A DNA stretch of 64,000 nucleotides from a virus (IMGVR_UViG_3300002835_000001:192001-256000), one strand, 5' to 3'. Positions 31,126 to 41,511 are shown, counted from the first letter of the stretch. The notes: generated by a model not told the origin, from the sequence alone. Made by a program: numbers and translations.

Positions 31126-32681
31126 GTGATGTGAGCACTAGAATTATTGAACTGGGTCTATGTTCAGATAATAGAGACCCGTTGGGGTTAGGTAGAATAC
31201 GTATCCAAACATTTGGTAACGGTTCTGGACCTTCTGCTGGTGCTTTAAAATATGAACCATGGGACGACAAAGACCCTTTTATTGCTATTCCATTTTTACC
31301 CGCTAATATAAACTATGTACCCTTAATCGGACAATCAATTAAAATCATCAATTATGACCCGATTAAAGACACAGTAAATAGAGAATATATTTCTGGACCA
31401 TTTACCACAACACATGATTTTAACACACAAGTATATGCGTCCCAAGTTAAAAACACAACATACGGAGGTGCCGATTCAGAATTACCCAAAATCGTTAATC
31501 AAAAAGATGGCCAAATTATTGATACCTTTGCAAAATCGTCAATTGCAAAATATGAAGATTATGCCGTATATGGTAAAAATGGTTCAGACGTTTTGTTTAC
31601 AGAAAACGGACTATCTTTAAGAGGAGGTAAGTTTGTACCAAAAACGATGGTTGCTCAAGAACCAAACATGTTTAATAAGCCATACATGTCAAATAAAATG
31701 GCAACACTTCACCTTAAAAAATATACTAATAAATTAGAATATTATGATGAGACCACAACTGAACTTATTACTGAGTCTAAAAATTTAAAATCTATAATAG
31801 AATATAGTATTGATAAATTTGATGGTAGTAACGCAATTATTAGTTTCTATGTATATCTAATTAAAGATTTTGATAATGCTAAACAGACAGTCTATGGTAA
31901 CATATATAACACAAATAATCCAAAATTAGAAAATTCACCAATTATTACGGGTAGTACTCAATTAATAACAACGGGAACAACAGAACCAACATTTACTGTA
32001 TTCGTATCGGATATTTTGTCTAATGGAGTAAATGGTATCTATAAAAAAATTAGACATACCTTAAAGAAAATACACAATAAAACAAGTCTTTTTCATATAG
32101 ATCCAACACTACCATTTTCAAGTGTTGATTTACATCCATTTTATTTTAGACCAACATTATCTTGTGTAAATTCTATATTGACAACTCAAGATGAAATAAA
32201 CAACAGGGTAATCATATTCAATAATATTATTTTAGCGTCTGGAATTGGTCCTAAAAGTGGGTTAGTTTATGATAAAACAAAAATGTCACCAGCAACCAAA
32301 CCTATAACTAAAACTGTTACAAAATTAAGAGACACACCAAGTTCCGAACAAACTTTCTCATCTTTGAAATCGGATAAAATATTTTTGTTATCTCCAGAGT
32401 CTAATCCCCCTGAAAAACAAATTGCGATAGATTTTTCTAAATTGGAAAAATATGAATTAAGTCAGGAAAATTACATGAATGACATTTTACCTCACACATA
32501 TTCGTCAGTTAGAGGTGAAACCCTTATTAGACTTATTGAGTCCATAATTAATTTAATATTCAGTCACCAACACAATTTAGTCGGTCCTCCAGTACCGAGT
32601 GACCCAAATTATATTAATTTAATGAAGTTAATGGAAACAATGAAACAAGATATTTTAAATAATTCAATTAGAATCAACTAA
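31122..32681 (+). CDS. Baseplate central spike/hub (gp5/VgrG-like OB-fold N-terminus)
   Basis: DNRDPLGLGRIRI...PFLP...VPLIGQ; C-terminal VRGE-L...H-H. Confidence 0.7.
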   Translation: MSDVSTRIIELGLCSDNRDPLGLGRIRIQTFGNGSGPSAGALKYEPWDDKDPFIAIPFLPANINYVPLIGQSIKIINYDPIKDTVNREYISGPFTTTHDFNTQVYASQVKNTTYGGADSELPKIVNQKDGQIIDTFAKSSIAKYEDYAVYGKNGSDVLFTENGLSLRGGKFVPKTMVAQEPNMFNKPYMSNKMATLHLKKYTNKLEYYDETTTELITESKNLKSIIEYSIDKFDGSNAIISFYVYLIKDFDNAKQTVYGNIYNTNNPKLENSPIITGSTQLITTGTTEPTFTVFVSDILSNGVNGIYKKIRHTLKKIHNKTSLFHIDPTLPFSSVDLHPFYFRPTLSCVNSILTTQDEINNRVIIFNNIILASGIGPKSGLVYDKTKMSPATKPITKTVTKLRDTPSSEQTFSSLKSDKIFLLSPESNPPEKQIAIDFSKLEKYELSQENYMNDILPHTYSSVRGETLIRLIESIINLIFSHQHNLVGPPVPSDPNYINLMKLMETMKQDILNNSIRIN

Positions 32682-32704
32682 TTTGATATTTATTAATAAA
32701 GAAG

Positions 32705-34078
32705 ATGTCATATTTCCGTTCATATTTTGAAAAAAACAACACGATAATCAAGAATTCTCAGGTAAACACGGCTAAAAACCCAACTACTGAGATTTTCTAT
32801 GGTTCAGGATTTTCTAAATTTTTATTTAAAGTTAATCTTACAGATTTACAAGGTAAAATAAATAATGGTGATTTGGTTATTGACCAAAATACTAAACATT
32901 ATTTAAAAATGACCAATACCATATTTGGTGACGAGGGATTAAAGGGTCAGAATAGAACCACTGGTAGAAATCGTGCAACTTCATTTAATCTAATAGTTTT
33001 TAAAATAAGTGAGTTTTGGGACGAAGGTTTAGGTTTTGATTACCAAGATAGTGAATATGACTTTACTGCAGGTAATAGTACATTTGATGAGAGACCATCT
33101 AACTGGTTTAATAAAACCACATTGAATCAATGGTCAAGTCAGGGTGTTTATAGTACCGACCCTGTTATTGTTACCACCGCCCATTTTGATAATGGTAATG
33201 AAAATTTAGATGTTGATATTACAAGTTATATAAATGGTATAATTTTATCGGGGAATACAAATCACGGGTTAGGAATTGCTTTTGAAGTAATATATCAAAA
33301 TATCACACCTGAAATTGACCAATCTGTGGCGTTTTTTACAAAATACACACAAACATTCTTTGAACCGTTTGTTGAATCTGTGTTTCAAGATAGAATAGAA
33401 GATAATAGACATAATTTTATTGAAAAACAAACACAGAATTTATACCTACATGTTACAAAGGGAACTAATTACTATGATTTAGATTCATTACCAACAGTTG
33501 ACATTACTGATAATAGTGGAACACCAATTAGTGGATTAACAGGACTTACAACAAATAAAATACGAAAAGGAATATATAAGGTTACATTTGGTTTACAAGG
33601 TGTCTTGTGTGACGGAAAAAGGTTCTATATTGATAAATGGAAAGGACTACTCCTTAATGGGGTGTCAATAAGTAACGTTAGTCAAAAATTTGTACCAAAA
33701 CCTTATACTGCCGGATTTACAATTGGTGAAAATCAAACAGAATTACAAAGATACGTTATTCAATTTTTCGGATTGAAACAAAATGAAAAAATATTAAGGG
33801 GAGAAAAAAGAAAAGTGGTTGTTACATTTAGGTCAATAAATGAACCAAAATCAGTTTTATTTGATGAAGTATTCTATAGAATTTTCATTAAAGAAGGTAG
33901 AACCGATGTTGTTGTTTACGACTGGACACAACTTGATGTAACAAACGAAAACTCATTTGTGTTTGACACTTCATTTATGATACCGAGAGAATATATGGTC
34001 GAAATAAAGGGAAAAACTCATACAGAGGAGATATTCTATAACGAAACAATAAAATTTGAGATAGTATCTGAAAAATAA
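32705..34078 (+). CDS. Hypothetical virion protein (beta-rich)
   Basis: 457 aa; late motif at 32687-32694. Confidence 0.55.
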   Translation: MSYFRSYFEKNNTIIKNSQVNTAKNPTTEIFYGSGFSKFLFKVNLTDLQGKINNGDLVIDQNTKHYLKMTNTIFGDEGLKGQNRTTGRNRATSFNLIVFKISEFWDEGLGFDYQDSEYDFTAGNSTFDERPSNWFNKTTLNQWSSQGVYSTDPVIVTTAHFDNGNENLDVDITSYINGIILSGNTNHGLGIAFEVIYQNITPEIDQSVAFFTKYTQTFFEPFVESVFQDRIEDNRHNFIEKQTQNLYLHVTKGTNYYDLDSLPTVDITDNSGTPISGLTGLTTNKIRKGIYKVTFGLQGVLCDGKRFYIDKWKGLLLNGVSISNVSQKFVPKPYTAGFTIGENQTELQRYVIQFFGLKQNEKILRGEKRKVVVTFRSINEPKSVLFDEVFYRIFIKEGRTDVVVYDWTQLDVTNENSFVFDTSFMIPREYMVEIKGKTHTEEIFYNETIKFEIVSEK

Positions 34079-34092
34079 AACTATTTATTATT

Positions 34093-34548
34093 ATGAATAT
34101 AACTGAATTAATTAAGAAACATTTAAAAAAAGTGGTAAAGGAACAAGAATCACACATATCTGAAGACGGAACTTACATGGTTTTATCCAACTTAGTTCAA
34201 ATTAAGAATGATATCGAAAAGATATTGTCCTATAAACACCAATCTGATTTTCCAAAATTAGTTACGGGTGAACACGCGTGGGCGGGTGACCATATAACTA
34301 CATCTAAAGATGATATTGAAGAAGTGGCTAACTTTATTGATGGTTACTTTGAACAAAAGAATTTGTCAGAAGCGGAAAAAAAGAGTAATAAACTTTGTTC
34401 AAGAGGTTTATCTGCTGCAAAATCTAAATTTAAAGTTTATCCATCGGCATATGCGAATGGTTATGCTGTACAAGTTTGTAAAGGTAAAATAAAAGGATTA
34501 GATGGTAAAAAAAAATGTTCGGGTTCATATTGTAGCGGTAAAAAGTAA
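34093..34548 (+). CDS. Hypothetical protein with basic C-terminal YPSAYANG module
   Basis: 151 aa; TATTTATT 3 nt before ATG. Confidence 0.6.
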   Translation: MNITELIKKHLKKVVKEQESHISEDGTYMVLSNLVQIKNDIEKILSYKHQSDFPKLVTGEHAWAGDHITTSKDDIEEVANFIDGYFEQKNLSEAEKKSNKLCSRGLSAAKSKFKVYPSAYANGYAVQVCKGKIKGLDGKKKCSGSYCSGKK

Positions 34549-34551
34549 ATC

Positions 34552-35433
34552 ATGAAAATACACATAAACGAAGAAGATCTACAATACATTAAATTATCCA
34601 TCAATAATGGTGAGGTATTACAAGAAGATTTAGGTAGGTGGTTTAAAGAAAAATGGGTAGATGTAAGTAAAAAAGTTAATGGTAAACATCCACCTTGTGG
34701 ACGTAGTGATGCTGATGGTGAAAAAGGAAGGAAAGGATATCCAAAATGTAGACCATCAAAAAAAGTGTCAAAAGATACTCCTAAAGTTGCCTCTTCATAT
34801 GATAAAAAGGAAAAGAAGGCGATGACATCTCAAAAAAGAAGTGCAGAAAGAAAGGACCCTAAAATTGGAAAAGGTAATAAACCAACAATGACAAAATTTG
34901 ACGAACAACAAAATGTTGATGAAAGAAGTAGAAGTTTTGCGTTTACAAGAAAAAAAAGATTGTTTAGTCAACCAGAAAGAATGTCTAATCCTTTTAGATA
35001 TAAAGAATTTGATAGATTATCTGAAGGTGTAGAAAAAAGAACAATTATTCAAATATCTGAAGAACAATTTCAAAGACTTTTTGAATATAACGAAGATACG
35101 CCAGTTTTAATTTATGAAGATGAATCGGGTTCCGTTCAAAACACAAATTTTGAGTCGACCAATATGTTAAATGAGGCTGAATATCAAGGACGTAAAGTTC
35201 AACTTGGAAAAATCATGCAAGGTGATATTAAAAAGTTTAAAGTGTATGTCAAGAACGACAAGGGTAAGGTTGTTAAGGTAAATTTCGGTTTTGGTGGTAA
35301 ATCCGCTAAAGGTAAACGAATGGTTATCAAAAAGAATAACCCCGCAAGACGTAAGTCATTTAGAGCTCGTATGAATTGTGATAATCCAGGTCCTCGTTGG
35401 AAACCAAGATATTGGGCTTGTCGTACTTGGTAA
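34552..35433 (+). CDS. Multi-module basic protein (RWFKEKW...PCGR...YPKCRP and ARRKSFRAR...RYWAC modules)
   Basis: 293 aa; modules separated by L-x-E linkers. Confidence 0.6.
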   Translation: MKIHINEEDLQYIKLSINNGEVLQEDLGRWFKEKWVDVSKKVNGKHPPCGRSDADGEKGRKGYPKCRPSKKVSKDTPKVASSYDKKEKKAMTSQKRSAERKDPKIGKGNKPTMTKFDEQQNVDERSRSFAFTRKKRLFSQPERMSNPFRYKEFDRLSEGVEKRTIIQISEEQFQRLFEYNEDTPVLIYEDESGSVQNTNFESTNMLNEAEYQGRKVQLGKIMQGDIKKFKVYVKNDKGKVVKVNFGFGGKSAKGKRMVIKKNNPARRKSFRARMNCDNPGPRWKPRYWACRTW

Positions 35434-35444
35434 AATTTTAACTT

Positions 35445-35720
35445 ATGAAATACATTATAACCGAGGAACAGAAAAGAACGATTATAAATAAAAGTGATTG
35501 GAAAGAGGGTAATAATAAACTTACCAAAACATATCACTTCAAAAACTACAAAGAAGTTATACCATTTGTTAATTCAGTTATGAAAATCGCAGATAAACAA
35601 AATCATCATCCTGATATAATCGTTCATTACGATAATGTGAAATTATCTATTACTGACCACGATAAAGGTGGTGTATCTGAAAAATGTCATAAATTCACAG
35701 GTGCCGTAGATAAAATATAA
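35445..35720 (+). CDS. Pterin-4-alpha-carbinolamine dehydratase-like protein
   Basis: L-KTY-FKNY...F-N...A-KQNHHPDI-V-Y..V.L..TDH. Confidence 0.85.
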   Translation: MKYIITEEQKRTIINKSDWKEGNNKLTKTYHFKNYKEVIPFVNSVMKIADKQNHHPDIIVHYDNVKLSITDHDKGGVSEKCHKFTGAVDKI

Positions 35721-35727
35721 AATTTTA

Positions 35728-36501
35728 ATGAACTTACAAGAGAACATACAAAGGATTAGAGAAATGATGATTTCGGAAGAGATGGTACAATCTGATGCTT
35801 GGAAATCTTTAAAGAAAACATTGGATGTTCTTAAAAATAAGAAAAAAGTTTTACTATTAAGTTGTTCTAATAGACATAATTGGGACAAAAATAATATTGA
35901 TATACCAAAATCTAAAATGATTGCAATGTATCTTAATGATGAATTGGGTGATAAGTCAACATTAATAGACGTACCTGAACTTAAGATATTTCCATGTGAA
36001 GGTAACGTATCAAGAAAAGACGGAGATTCATGTGGAGTATTAAAATCCAAACTTGAAGACAAGGATAAAAATCCTTCAGGTCATCACAGATGTTGGGCGA
36101 GTATCAATAACAAATCAGATGAACTTTGGAAAATATCCAAAGAACTATTTGAATCAGATTCGGTTATATTTTTTAGTTCAATAAGGTGGGGACAAACAAA
36201 TATGTATTATCAAAATCTAATTGAAAGACTTAATTGGGTTGAAAATAGACATACGGTACATAATGAGTCTAACATAGTAAAAGATATCGAATCTGGATAC
36301 ATTTGTACTGGACATAATTGGAATGGAAGTAACGTTGTTGATTTACAAAAACAAGTTCATTCATTTTATGGTTTCAAACCAAACGATGATATATATTGGA
36401 ACTGGCAGTATACTAAAGATATTAACGATGAAAGTCAAAAATCATATAAAGATTCTTACAAAAAATTTATAAAGGATACTAAAATACCTGATTCTCAATA
36501 A
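35728..36501 (+). CDS. Flavodoxin-fold NADPH-dependent FMN reductase / iron-sulfur flavoprotein-like
   Basis: LLLSCSNR, IFPCEG-VS..C..C, SDSVIFFSSIRWG, LIERL. Confidence 0.75.
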   Translation: MNLQENIQRIREMMISEEMVQSDAWKSLKKTLDVLKNKKKVLLLSCSNRHNWDKNNIDIPKSKMIAMYLNDELGDKSTLIDVPELKIFPCEGNVSRKDGDSCGVLKSKLEDKDKNPSGHHRCWASINNKSDELWKISKELFESDSVIFFSSIRWGQTNMYYQNLIERLNWVENRHTVHNESNIVKDIESGYICTGHNWNGSNVVDLQKQVHSFYGFKPNDDIYWNWQYTKDINDESQKSYKDSYKKFIKDTKIPDSQ

Positions 36502-36935
36502 TAAATAAGATTAACCCCACACTCATTTAAAAGTTGTTTAGCCTTACTTTGGGATTCATCCCACTTTTCTTTATTTTTAGTAGTACAGACTTCCTTACAA
36601 TATACCGTCTTTATACCGGAATTAACAATTCCTCTGGCACAATCCATACAAGGTAATCCCGATGTTAAGTAGATTGTTGAGTTTTTCAACGATACACCTT
36701 CTAATGCCGCATTATAAATTGCATTACGTTCGGCATGTTCCATCCAGAAGTATTTTTCGGGTCTTTCCTGACGTTCTTGTAATGAATCGTCTAAACCCCT
36801 TGGGAATGAATTATAACCCGTAGAAAGGACGTTATTACCCTCACCGACTACAACGGCACCTATCTGTGTAGATTGGTCCTTAGATTTGAGTTTTACCACC
36901 TCAGCAATCTGTAAAAAATACTCTATCCAATTCAT
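36495..36935 (-). CDS. dCMP deaminase
   Basis: SKD-STQIGA, GYNSFPRG, HAERNAI, PCMDC. Confidence 0.93.
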   Translation of the reverse strand: MNWIEYFLQIAEVVKLKSKDQSTQIGAVVVGEGNNVLSTGYNSFPRGLDDSLQERQERPEKYFWMEHAERNAIYNAALEGVSLKNSTIYLTSGLPCMDCARGIVNSGIKTVYCKEVCTTKNKEKWDESQSKAKQLLNECGVNLIYY

Positions 36936-36936
36936 A

Positions 36937-37251
36937 TTAAATTAATTTTTGTTTCACCCAATAATATAACATACCGGTTGCGTACCTGTGTAAGTTTTTT
37001 GCTTCTTTCTTTAAAATTAAGTTCCCAAGTTGTATTAAATGTGAACGATTATATAAATCTACACTAACAATAAACCCTCCATCGGATTTTTCATACGTTG
37101 TCTCTTTCATTGGTGGAATATACTTTCCCTCATCGTCGAGTTTCAACGTCCTAATCATTTCGGTCTTATTCATCTTACATTCTATACCTCTAGAATGTAT
37201 CATTTTTTCTAAGACATCTAACCTTAATTTAGTGTAGTCCACTTCACTCAT
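36937..37251 (-). CDS. Hypothetical protein with small helical (SAP/HeH-like) N-terminus
   Basis: MSEVDYTKLRLDVLEKMIHSRGI; start after TTG-N20-TATATTTG promoter (37256-37286). Confidence 0.6.
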   Translation of the reverse strand: MSEVDYTKLRLDVLEKMIHSRGIECKMNKTEMIRTLKLDDEGKYIPPMKETTYEKSDGGFIVSVDLYNRSHLIQLGNLILKKEAKNLHRYATGMLYYWVKQKLI

Positions 37252-37290
37252 AATGCAAATATAACTAATTTTTTGGAATATTCCAATAAC

Positions 37291-37321
37291 AAAAAACCCC
37301 CGAATTTCTTCGAGGGTTTTT
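37291..37321 (-). terminator. Intrinsic terminator after MCP
   Basis: AAAACCCTCG...CGGGGGTTTTTT on minus strand. Confidence 0.75.
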
Positions 37322-37340
37322 ATATTCAATCCTATTAAGA

Positions 37341-39071
37341 TTATCTTAATGTATCCAAAGAGAATGTAGTGATACCTTTCACGTCGATTACACCAAAGTA
37401 ACGGTTGTTTACCATTTTCTTTGCGTAACGTGTCATGATTCCTTTGATAGGAGTCATTGTGAACGGATTGTACATTGTTGGAGTTAATTGTAAAGGTACA
37501 TATGGAGCGTAGATGTAACCAGCGTCCAATAGTGATTTACCTTTGTGACCAATTAAGATCTTGCTAGCTGGGAAGTAAGGATCACGATATACTTGATATC
37601 TTCCAGCAAGAGAACCGATTTTCTCGATACCCATGTTGTATGAATCTTGCTCAGGAGCTGCGTTAGATACGTGGAAATATTCTAAATCATCGAATACTGC
37701 AGAAACTTCTGAAGAAACAACGATCCAGTTAGCACCACCTCTTAATGTAGTCTTATGGATTTGAGCTGAAATTTGGTTAACCTTAGTTACCAAAGTTTGG
37801 TTCCAATCTTTTTGAGTGTAACCTTGTAATGTAGCACCTGATGCTCCACCGTATTTCCACTCATTGTAATCCCACTTAGCTTTCCAAGCTGCACCTTTAC
37901 GTAAATCACGTAAAATTTCACGGTCAACTTCTGCTGCAATTTGCTCAGATAATAAAGCTGTTAATTCAGCTTCAGCATCGATGTTGTGGAATGCACTAAC
38001 GTCTTGAGCCAATTCAGGAGACCATGTAGCTCTTAATTTTCTTTCAGTTACAGAAACTGTTACTGATTGTAAATCGAAAGAAACTTCACCAATTTGATCT
38101 TCAAATTCTAAAGTATCATAAGTTCTGAAAGTTAATGTGAAATCACCGATAGTTGTACCTGTAGGTAATGTGATGTTAGAGAAACCAGATGTTGCACTGT
38201 AGTTCTGCATATCAACACTTACGTAGATAACTCCATCAGCATCACAGATATCATTGTAGTTACCTGAAGGGTAGTTAGTAGAAGATGCAGTTGAACCATA
38301 TTCAACAATACCTTTACCATACTTCTGAGTAACAACGTTGAAGTTCTTAGAGTCAGTTAAGTATTTAACTTCAGCTGATGCTAAAAATTCTTCAGTATCC
38401 ATTGCGTTACCATTTGGTCCGATTAATTTACCTTGACCATCTTTTGCAAATCCTGTAAATTTCAAGATTAAAGATGATTGTGCGTTTGATGAACCAGTAA
38501 CACCAGAAACTGCAATTGCAGAAACTGAACCATTACTGAAAGTAACAGCAGAAACAGCGGTTAAAGTTACAGCTGAATATTGACCTTTTGAGTAATCAAA
38601 AAGACCTGTATCAGGACTGTTACCATCACCTGCTTCGTAGAATCTGTCATATAAGTTACCACCTGTGTAACCAGTTGCGGCGCTTCCACCAGCACCTGGC
38701 ATACCATATGGAGAATAGTGACCTGCTCCGTTTCTTTCCTGAATTTTAGGAATGAAGAAGAATAATTTACCAATTGGTAAGTTCATAGCTTGTACTGACA
38801 CGATGTCGTTAGCTAATAATTTAGAGAATACACGACGAATGATTGGGAAAACCACAGTCTCGAATGAACCAGACGCATCAGCTACTGCTGCTTCGTTGAT
38901 TAAATAAGACGCTTGGTTTTCATATAATTGCGCGATGTTATCTTTTTGGTGACCGTCAAGACCTTCTAAAAAGCCTAAGTCATCCCATTTTCTGATGGTA
39001 TCTTCTTTGATAACACGAAGGTGCTTAAGACCGATGTTACCTACCATACCTGATTCTAATAATGCTCCCAT
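37341..39071 (-). CDS. Major capsid protein (T4 gp23-like)
   Basis: FPIIRRV, VSVQAM, RKLRATW, LSEQIAAEVDREI, YAPYVPL, GIMTRYA; LINE/AA maturation site at residue 60. Confidence 0.97.
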   Translation of the reverse strand: MGALLESGMVGNIGLKHLRVIKEDTIRKWDDLGFLEGLDGHQKDNIAQLYENQASYLINEAAVADASGSFETVVFPIIRRVFSKLLANDIVSVQAMNLPIGKLFFFIPKIQERNGAGHYSPYGMPGAGGSAATGYTGGNLYDRFYEAGDGNSPDTGLFDYSKGQYSAVTLTAVSAVTFSNGSVSAIAVSGVTGSSNAQSSLILKFTGFAKDGQGKLIGPNGNAMDTEEFLASAEVKYLTDSKNFNVVTQKYGKGIVEYGSTASSTNYPSGNYNDICDADGVIYVSVDMQNYSATSGFSNITLPTGTTIGDFTLTFRTYDTLEFEDQIGEVSFDLQSVTVSVTERKLRATWSPELAQDVSAFHNIDAEAELTALLSEQIAAEVDREILRDLRKGAAWKAKWDYNEWKYGGASGATLQGYTQKDWNQTLVTKVNQISAQIHKTTLRGGANWIVVSSEVSAVFDDLEYFHVSNAAPEQDSYNMGIEKIGSLAGRYQVYRDPYFPASKILIGHKGKSLLDAGYIYAPYVPLQLTPTMYNPFTMTPIKGIMTRYAKKMVNNRYFGVIDVKGITTFSLDTLR

Positions 39072-39102
39072 TTTGTATGTTTTTGTTTTTTTGTTTAATT
39101 TA

Positions 39103-40278
39103 TTATTTTATTTTTCCCATTAAATCTTTCATTCTTCTGAATTGTGGATTCTCATAAGCTTTAGCTTCTGATAACACTTCTTGAGATGATGATGTAGATG
39201 GGGTGTTAGAGATTTTTCCAACTACTGACTCGGTAACTGTTGTTTTTGTACCTAATTCAGATTTGATTGTGTTGAATAAACCTTTAGATTCATTCATCGT
39301 TGAAACTGAATCAAATCTCTTTAATATGTTCAATTTCTCTTGTTTAGTAGTAGAGTGTTCAGTAAATAAACGTGTAGCGTAAGCTAAGTTTGCATTAAAC
39401 ACAGCAACTTCGTTAAGTTTGTCTTTGAATAAAACTAAAGCCTTCTTGTATTCAGAATTTTGTTTCTTTAACTTTTCAACTTCTTCGTTCATTTCGTGAC
39501 GACCAGTCTTGTATTTTGTTTTTTGAGATGGTCCCCTAACTCCCGTTCCAAATGTTCTTGCTGCTTCAGTAGCTTCGATTTCCATCTCATCACCTTCAGC
39601 AACTTCTTCTTCATCTTCTTCTTCATCAATCTCAATTTCGTAAATTGTTTCTTCCTCATCAGTTTCCATATCATCACCCATCATATCCATTTCTGAAAAT
39701 TCATCTTCTTCAGTACCGAATTCGGGTTCAGCATTAAACTCAGAGTCAGATTCCATTTCATCATCAAGTTTGATAATATAATCGTCTTCTCCGTCACCAA
39801 ACTCAATGTTATTTCCGTCTTTCTTAACTACAATACCATCTTCTGGTTTCATCGCTTTGAAAACTTTTAATACTTCATCATCTGAAGCACCGGTCATATC
39901 CATTACGTCCTCATCTTCAGAACCTTCTTCTGCTGGTGGTAAAGCGAGATCTTCATCTCCTTCTTCATCATCTTCAGAATCTAATCCTTCAATGTCTTTG
40001 TTTGGTTCGTTATCGAGGTCTGTATCATTTTCAGAGTCGTCTGCTGTTGCATCGTCATCTGACATATCGTCTTCCTCTTCTTCAGGATCAACTTCATCCT
40101 CAGGTTGTTCACCCATCGGCATTTTAGTTTCATCCTCTTCTTCCAATGATTCTTTAAGCAAGTCATTCAGTTCTTGTTTCATGGTTGAAGCAAGTATACC
40201 CTTTGCATTTTGCTTTACTGCTTCTTCAAGTGTTTGTACTTGAAGTAACGCTTGTTCTAAAATTGATTTTTCAGTCAT
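39103..40278 (-). CDS. Prohead scaffold/core protein (gp22-like)
   Basis: Very acidic with coiled-coil C-terminus (NANLAYATRLF); between protease and MCP. Confidence 0.8.
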   Translation of the reverse strand: MTEKSILEQALLQVQTLEEAVKQNAKGILASTMKQELNDLLKESLEEEDETKMPMGEQPEDEVDPEEEEDDMSDDDATADDSENDTDLDNEPNKDIEGLDSEDDEEGDEDLALPPAEEGSEDEDVMDMTGASDDEVLKVFKAMKPEDGIVVKKDGNNIEFGDGEDDYIIKLDDEMESDSEFNAEPEFGTEEDEFSEMDMMGDDMETDEEETIYEIEIDEEEDEEEVAEGDEMEIEATEAARTFGTGVRGPSQKTKYKTGRHEMNEEVEKLKKQNSEYKKALVLFKDKLNEVAVFNANLAYATRLFTEHSTTKQEKLNILKRFDSVSTMNESKGLFNTIKSELGTKTTVTESVVGKISNTPSTSSSQEVLSEAKAYENPQFRRMKDLMGKIK

Positions 40279-40363
40279 TGTGAAATTTTGTTTTATTATC
40301 TAATAAATAGTACGACTTTAATAAAAAGTCTTATTTTTAATATTTGTATCCCTATAAAATTGG

Positions 40364-41047
40364 TTATTTACTCAAAAAAGTATCTAATTTTCCCATAAGT
40401 TTGGACATTCTATCATCAACCGCGGGTTTTTTAATTTCTGATTCTTGATATTGGTCCCTATCTGAGGGGTCACTAAAAATGTATGCACCTGGAGTTGATG
40501 GGGATGACACTAAATCAAAACATACCAATTCAAAGTCATCCTGAACAATGTTTTGACCTTTAATGTTTTTTAAGGAACCAACACCACGAGAGGATATACC
40601 CAAAGTAGCTCCGTTCATAATTAACATAGCCGCTTGGTCACCCTTAGTGGATACAATACCCATCTTCTTCCATCCTGGCGAAGTGAATAATTTTATTTTA
40701 CCCATAAGGATTTTTCCGTCCCAATAAGTTTCAAGAATTGAATGAGAAACTCTATCTAAATCGATAAGAGATGATGAAGGGTGATTAAGTTCGTTTAATG
40801 CTCCTCCCTTCTTAATAAGTGATTGGTATTTTTCGTTTTCTCTTTTAAGTAACATCTCAGGATAAATCCTTCCGTTCTTATTTGGAGTGTCGTATTTTTG
40901 TAAAACGGCATAAAGGATAAGGTCTTGTGAAAAGTCCATATCCCTCATTTCCGAAATAATTTTCTTGTTTTGTTCGGGAGAAACATGACCTGCGTCATAT
41001 TCTATTAAAATTCCTCTACCCGTTTCGTTTGGTCCTAATATCTTCAT
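40364..41047 (-). CDS. Prohead protease (gp21-like)
   Basis: NKNGRIYP, ELNHP, GISSRGVGS, FDLVSSPS. Confidence 0.93.
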   Translation of the reverse strand: MKILGPNETGRGILIEYDAGHVSPEQNKKIISEMRDMDFSQDLILYAVLQKYDTPNKNGRIYPEMLLKRENEKYQSLIKKGGALNELNHPSSSLIDLDRVSHSILETYWDGKILMGKIKLFTSPGWKKMGIVSTKGDQAAMLIMNGATLGISSRGVGSLKNIKGQNIVQDDFELVCFDLVSSPSTPGAYIFSDPSDRDQYQESEIKKPAVDDRMSKLMGKLDTFLSK

Positions 41048-41085
41048 TTATAGATTTTATTACTATAAATACATCAATACCAAGG

Positions 41086-41511
41086 TTATTTCTTGCTTTT
41101 GTAAAAATTGAATAGTTTTTTATCAATTAAACCATCCTCAACAACGGATTCGGTCAAATCTGTGATAAATGTTTTTATTTCCTTTGATCTAATATCGAAT
41201 TGCTTTTCAACATATAAAGTTATTTCTAAATTCATAAAAGACTTTTTTTCAATCTTAATTCCTTTGGTTCTTATATCTAAATCAACAATTGATTGTTGTT
41301 TAAAACTTGAATTGTTTAAATTATAAATTAATTCTTTTATTTTTCTTCTTGATTTTGAAATTAGATAGTCATAATCGTCAGTTTCATTTTCTGGTTGCAA
41401 CCAAGAATTTAATTTTACATAAATAGTTTTAAGATTTTTAAAGTCTACTGTACCATAACCATACTTTACATTGTTGTAAGTCCCTAATGGGATATACTTA
41501 CCTGTTTTCAT
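41086..41511 (-). CDS. Hypothetical protein
   Basis: 141 aa ORF. Confidence 0.6.
   Translation of the reverse strand: MKTGKYIPLGTYNNVKYGYGTVDFKNLKTIYVKLNSWLQPENETDDYDYLISKSRRKIKELIYNLNNSSFKQQSIVDLDIRTKGIKIEKKSFMNLEITLYVEKQFDIRSKEIKTFITDLTESVVEDGLIDKKLFNFYKSKK

Noticed and set aside
39806-40243. Ser-rich antisense ORFs over acidic genes (also 48738, 17310, 20687 and similar)
   Set aside because: Expected reverse-complement artefact of GAA/GAT-rich coding DNA; no promoter context
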